A program made the translations under genes and the position numbers. Source: Tubulanus polymorphus (lineage: Eukaryota > Animalia > Nemertea). Taken from it: a stretch of 64,000 bases of DNA. The notes below the pieces were generated by a model. It did no database searches, had not been told where the DNA came from, and was given only the letters and a program-made list of their open reading frames with translations. Shown here in pieces: positions 58,440-64,000 of the stretch (its first letter is position 1; each line of letters opens with the position of its first letter). Location of the stretch: NCBI RefSeq assembly GCF_964204645.1, contig NC_134028.1:16561653-16625652 (forward strand), in the 5' to 3' direction.

Positions 58440-60300
58440 TTACCGATTCACATTCCCGATTTTCAACTTCCCTTTGACGATTTCACCAACGCTTCAGCGC
58501 AACCGTTCTTCTGCGATATTCCTTGCGGTCCTAACGGTGTAATGAACTGCCCCAAGATTTCAAGATTTGCGCACCAGACACGAATTTACTTCTGTGCAGC
58601 TACTAGTTGTGACCCGTTGTCACTCAACGTCGATTCTGGCTTTCCTCTTACGGATAGGAAACGTGGAAATATTTGAATAAATTCCTGTGGCGAGTAATCC
58701 AGCACGATATCGCAATACACTGTCGCAAGACAGGTGAAAATAACGAACGTTCCGCTGCAACTCCAGGATGGCCATATCGATGCTGATGATCCACGATAAG
58801 TTTCGATATGAAATGATCCTTTGGTAATATAACGGGATTTCTGATCATATGCTACATCGGTGTTTCCAAGTCGACCTCCCACTCGGATAATCCCTGCAGA
58901 ATCTAGAAACGGCGATAATTTTCTAAATTCCACTTAATATTCCCGATTTCGGAATTCGGTTTGTGCCAATTTCACGATTGTGCTTTTTGGCGCACTTCAA
59001 TTCGGCTGCAGTAACTTCTCCTGTTTGAATTTGTTCTTTCTTATTCCGAACTCTCGACTGCAAATTGTTCCCAAATCGAAGGATCATTGCAACGAGGCGC
59101 ATTAGACGATTCAACATGCTAACTTTCTGCAGCGCGTTTATCTCTAATCTCGGTTTTGTGACCATTACGTTTACCCTGGTTTTTGTTCGGAATAATTCAT
59201 TTCGGTTATTTCGGTAGGATACGACACTGGCCAAACATCTTTCGGTTGATGCGGAAATTCTGGTCCACTTACCCAGCGAACATCTAAATCGGATTCATTG
59301 ATTCCACGGCTAATAAATCGGTCAAATTCTCAGTTGACGGACATTGGCTGTAATAACTGCGCTCCGTCTTATACAGAATTTCTCCGACCCTATTCGCAAC
59401 AAATGTTTAAATACACGCGAATCATTTTGAATCCACTTGTAGGGAATCATCGAATCGGTGAAAATGTGAACATTCTTGATCTCGAGTCTCGATTCAATCT
59501 TGATAGTCTCAAATTCTACAGCCCAATACCATTGATTGTAGTCCTTTTCGTGGAAGACTTATCGCACGAAAAGGCACAATCCTCGAATTTGCCAACGCAA
59601 ACTTTATCTCCATACTTCCGTCTCCACATATCCAACGTAAATATGCAATGCTCCCGAAAGCGACATCTGATGCATCGCAGAAAATGACACAGTCTGGATC
59701 TGACACAGCATTTGCTGGAGTCAGACGTCGATCAAATTTCCGTGTTTCTAGCTTACCAATTTCCTCGATCCATCTTAGCCATTTGTCTTGCATCTTCTCT
59801 GGTATCGGTTGATCCCAACAATATTTTCCCGCCATAATTCCAGCGATCCAATTTTCCATTTTAACAATGACAGGCGTACCAAACCCGAATATATAATAAA
59901 TTCCTGATATAATCGCTGTTATACATCGTTTCGTAAGAGGTAGTGTGACGCTGGACGGTATGGACATATGAATGGAATCTTATCCTCGTCTCGATACCAG
60001 ATGACTCCGAGCACTTTCTCAACGTTGTCTTCCTCCTCCCGGCCCGATAATCGTGCATTCGAGTACCAATGTTTGATCTGGAAATGTCCCGATTCCAAAA
60101 TTTGATCGATTATAAATATGCATCTTCCTAATCGAAAACGGTATGCACACTATCTCCGATGTCATCCATGTACCGACATTGTTTAATCGTTGCGACGGCT
60201 TCTGTGGATATTGTGAATCATATTGATCTGCAGTCATATCCATGGCTTTTTTGCGAGAGCGGGTGACGATACATCTCCAAATGTTAAGACCATCTTTAGC
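58440..60300 (-). mobile_element. Highly decayed BEL/Pao LTR retrotransposon pol remnant
   Basis: WDQPIP, IFCDASDVAFG (Pao RNase H), LSPFLD..GIIRVGGRL, PVILPKDH, RGKP...SDNGSQLVAA. Confidence 0.85.
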
Positions 60301-60491
60301 GTAAATATCTGGTGTAATGTGTGTATATATAGTTTAAACACATTATTATTCGAAAATGGAATTATTAAATTCGTGGAATCAGTTGTAAAGCTGAAAAAAA
60401 AGAAATACGGTTATGATTGGGTCAGGATAAAGACAAAGCGATAAGTAACCTGGCAGACTAGGTTGAGGCAAATGTATGATTCATCAGTGGA

Positions 60492-60685
60492 ACACTGACC
60501 GAGGCTACAATATTGTAACCTAGGTCGGTTGACTCGCGCGAATTTATCTGCATACACTGACCGAGGCTACAATATCGTAACCTAGGTCGGTTGTCTTGCG
60601 CGGATTTATCTGCATACACTGACCGAGGCTACAATATTGTAACCTAGGTCGGTTGACTTGCGCAGATTTATCTACCTAGGTCGGT
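60492..60685 (+). repeat. 62-bp tandem repeat x3 with an internal hairpin
   Basis: ACACTGACCGAGGCTACAATATTGTAACCTAGGTCGGTTG... at 60492, 60554 and 60616. Confidence 0.9.
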
Positions 60686-61652
60686 TTACTGCATTATATT
60701 TGCAGTTTTTACAAATCCAAGATTAAGATCAGTCAGTTAACTTGATCAGTTTTTGAAGTTATTGCTGGTCCGATATCAGTCGGTTGATTTGTAATTTTGA
60801 CTAACGAGGAATCCAAAAGTGTTTCAGTCAAACGTCTCCTATCATTGAGGTCTCCTATCATCGTACACATTCCGAATTAAGGGTTTAAAAGAAGTTTAAG
60901 TGCGAGCCTTATACTTATATTGCGCAATTGCCATGATTGATACGAAAACGTTTCTAGAATCGGATGACAATTTATATAGAATTGGAGTCAGATGTGCATT
61001 GTTTTGGGGGTGTTCCGAACATCGCTGAATCACTGAATCGTTGATTATTATATTAATTTCGCTGATTTGAATTTACGCTGAATCCATGCACATTTTACAT
61101 ATTCTAAAGAAAATGTTTCATTTGACCGATTCATTGATAAATTTCATTACATATATTCCATAAAAATTCAGTTGGATTACGGTAACGAATGTATTTTGCG
61201 GAGAGTGGTAACGGCTTTCGGCTTACGTCATTGGTACTTCGATGTAGTTTCACGGCTTTAATAGTGATTCGCCCTGGGGACCCGAGTTTCAGATGACAGG
61301 AAAATATACAAAAAATCGTGACGATTGTAAATTGAGGCAACGATTGAAATGAAATCATTTGACTGCTGGATGTAATCACAAATAACAAATAAAGGCTGAA
61401 ATTTCAGTTTCACATGCTTTCCTACTTTGTTGAGTAAATTGTTTGTATAGGTTATCAAAAGCCCAGCAGCAGCTATCAGTCAACAGGTGAATTACACTGG
61501 CTAACGAGACAGTGATTGATGAACGAATAAACAAACTGCACTGACCACCAAAAATAATGACCTCTTAATAGTAATAAACTTAGCAACTCAAAACTCTATT
61601 TGAAGATGCCAATGAAATAAAATGCCAATGAATCGCTGAATTTTATGGTACT

Positions 61653-64000
61653 AGTAATTGGTAAAGTAGGCTTTCATACCAGAGGTCGAGCGGTCGAGAC
61701 ACCACTCATCACCACAAGTAATTTTTTTTCCTAATAAATGGGGGAGAATGAACACCAGCCAGAAAACAATAATGTTAATAAAAATCAATATTATTGCCAA
61801 TATTGTAAAAAATACATCGATAAATCCCAAAAATCACGACATGAAAAAACTGCAAATCATATAAAAAATGTAATAGATTTTGAAACTCCAGAAAATTCCA
61901 ATGAAAGAAAAGAAAGATTAGAAAATATGAATGTGGATGAAATAAAATGTGAAGTTTGTAATGAATTTATAGTAAAAAGGAATTATAATAGACATCTCGA
62001 ATCACAAAAACACCGCCAAAATTTGAGTAATAATGTTTTAGGAAAAGATTATTTTGATGATAAACCTCAAAAAGTAAAAAAACCAACTTCAAAAACTAAA
62101 TCCATTTCAAATAAACCTTACATGGAAAATGTTAGAAATTATATTGATTCACTAGAAATAAAAGATACAATTGAAATTTTAGAAACATTACATAGTAAAA
62201 TTGGTCCTGCAGCTATTATATTTAGATTTTTTAAAGGTACAACAATAGAAGATTATATTAAATTTAATGAAATAATAGAAAAAATACTAGATTTGATAAC
62301 AGATGTTGAATATCCAAAAATTAGTATCTCTGGGAAAGTAAGTTTTATAAAGTCAGAAGAAAAAATGGATTATAATATTCAAACACACCCTGAAGAAATA
62401 ATTTCAAAAACACAAATAAAAGAGAACTTAGAAAAAATATTTAATGAATTTAAACGTCATATTGAAGAAAGATATTTTGAGGGTTCTGGCTTAACATTGA
62501 ATGAAATTATATATTTAGATTTAAATGTTTACAATACAAAAAGGAATAAAACATCAAAAAGTAATAAAATGTTTAAAAATGATTCAAACTTTACAACAGA
62601 AAAGGATATTAAAGCATCATCTTATATTAAATTACCATTTACAACAAAAGCAGTAATAAATGTTCAAAATGAAGATAGTAAATGTTTTCTATGGTCAATT
62701 ATTAGTTGTTTACACCCTACAGAAGATATGACGCATAGTTTTAGAATAACAAATTACCGGAAATATGAAACATTATATAAAATTGATCAATATCCAGTAA
62801 CTATAAAAATGATTCCTAAAATAGAAAAAGTTAATAATTTAAAAATAAATGTATTTGAATTAATGCAATTACCAAAGACAAAAGGTGAAAATATTAAAGA
62901 TTATACATTGGAAGCTTTATATTTAACAGAATATTATGATGATGAAAATGCTATAGATTTGTTATACTACAACAAAGATGAAAACTAAACTAACATTATA
63001 TGTGGTTAAAACAAATTGATTTATTCTTTAGAACAGAAAGTGATCACCATAATAAAATTTATCTACGTAGAAAATGTTTATCTAAATTTATGACTGAGAA
63101 TACATTATTAAAACATAAAGAATTATGTGATAATAAAGATTTTTGAAAATTAATAATGCCAACAGAAAAAGATTATAAATTGAAATTTACTAATCATAAA
63201 TTTAAGAATATTGTTCCATTTGTAATTTATGGGGATTTTGAATCGTCGAATAAAGAATTAACTGATCAAGATAGAAAAGAAATATATAACAAAAAGCAAT
63301 TATTAAAATCAATGGATAAAGGAAATGAATTAAATGAAGACACAATACAAGACCCACCAATTATAAATACAATTAAAAAAGTTCATCAAAGAGCTGCTGC
63401 TTATGGAATTTATATAAAATCAAATTATCCTGAATTATATGAAAGTCAATATATTTCTTTTAGAGGTGAAAATGTAGTTAATGATTTTTGTGATAAAATG
63501 ATTGAATTAGAAAGTGATTTTGCAAAATTATTAAACAAAAATAAAAGAATAATTATGACAAAAGAAGATGAAATTGATTTTAATTATGCAACTCATTGTT
63601 GTTAATGTGAAAAACGTTTTTATTCATTTGATAAAAAAGTTAGAGATCATGATCATTTAAATTCAAAATATCGTGGAGCTGCTCATGAAGATTGCAATTT
63701 ACAAGCTAAGAAAGTTAATTTCGTACCAATATTATTTCATAATTTATCAGGCTATGATACCCATCTATTTATAAAACAATTATCGGGAAAATTGGGAGCA
63801 ATTAATCAAGAAATAGAAGAATATAATGCTATGAATGGTGTAAATGTAAGAAAATATGATTTTAAACTATTAGCTAAAACATCTGAAAATTATATTTCAT
63901 TTCAATTTGGTTGCACAATGAACAAGATTTTAAATTATTGAGATATAAAGGCGCAATTCCTTATTCATTTTATAAAACACACAATGATTTTAATGTAACA
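61653..64000 (+). mobile_element. Third, more divergent Polinton: terminus plus 5' part of polB; runs off the window
   Basis: AGTAAT-N13-TTTCATACCAGAGGTCGA-N3-GTCGAG has the same spacing as the terminus at 2686; polB ATG 85 bp inside. Confidence 0.85.
61738..64000 (+). pseudogene. polB: pPolB N-terminal half (Zn fingers, ExoI, endonuclease VII-like domain, ExoII) with stops
   Basis: YYCQYCKK.IDKSQKSRH, EGSGL, SYIKLPF...INVQNEDSKCFLWS, FVIYGDFES, VRDHDHL, FHNLSGYD; colinear with 17521-21534. Confidence 0.92.

Noticed and set aside
60492-60685. CRISPR-like array of palindromic repeats
   Set aside because: Intervening segments are near-identical rather than unique spacers; no cas genes; eukaryotic context.
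1-64000. Free virus or prokaryotic/phage genome
   Set aside because: TSD-flanked integration, LINEs, LTR elements, spliceosomal introns and pervasive decay indicate eukaryotic chromosomal DNA.

Overview
AT-rich, intron-bearing eukaryotic (most likely invertebrate animal) DNA made almost entirely of nested mobile elements, with no recognisable host gene. The centrepiece is a complete ~19.2-kb Polinton/Maverick (polintovirus) at 2686-21882. It has 462-bp TIRs and a 6-bp TSD (AATATG) and is inserted into the major capsid gene of a second, closely related and decayed Polinton (<1-27986). A third Polinton end plus polB begins at 61653. The complete element encodes pPolB, rve integrase with chromodomain, A32-like ATPase, putative major and minor capsid proteins, an HNH-type nuclease and several membrane proteins, but no recognisable protease. 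Most unusual features: 14 of its 16 genes start at TAAATG, many preceded by a T-run at poxvirus-late-promoter spacing; poxvirus-early-like cores lie inside 269-bp terminal fold-back palindromes. This suggests (inference) a virophage-like endogenous virus that relies on the transcription machinery of a cytoplasmic large DNA virus. The rest of the window holds a Helentron (DUB/OTU-Rep-PIF1-EN plus an RPA-like gene), a non-autonomous Helentron, a Penelope element with a hammerhead ribozyme, two CR1/L2-group LINEs, a deleted Gypsy with a clear -1 frameshift signal, a solo LTR, Helitron and BEL/Pao remnants, and MITEs.
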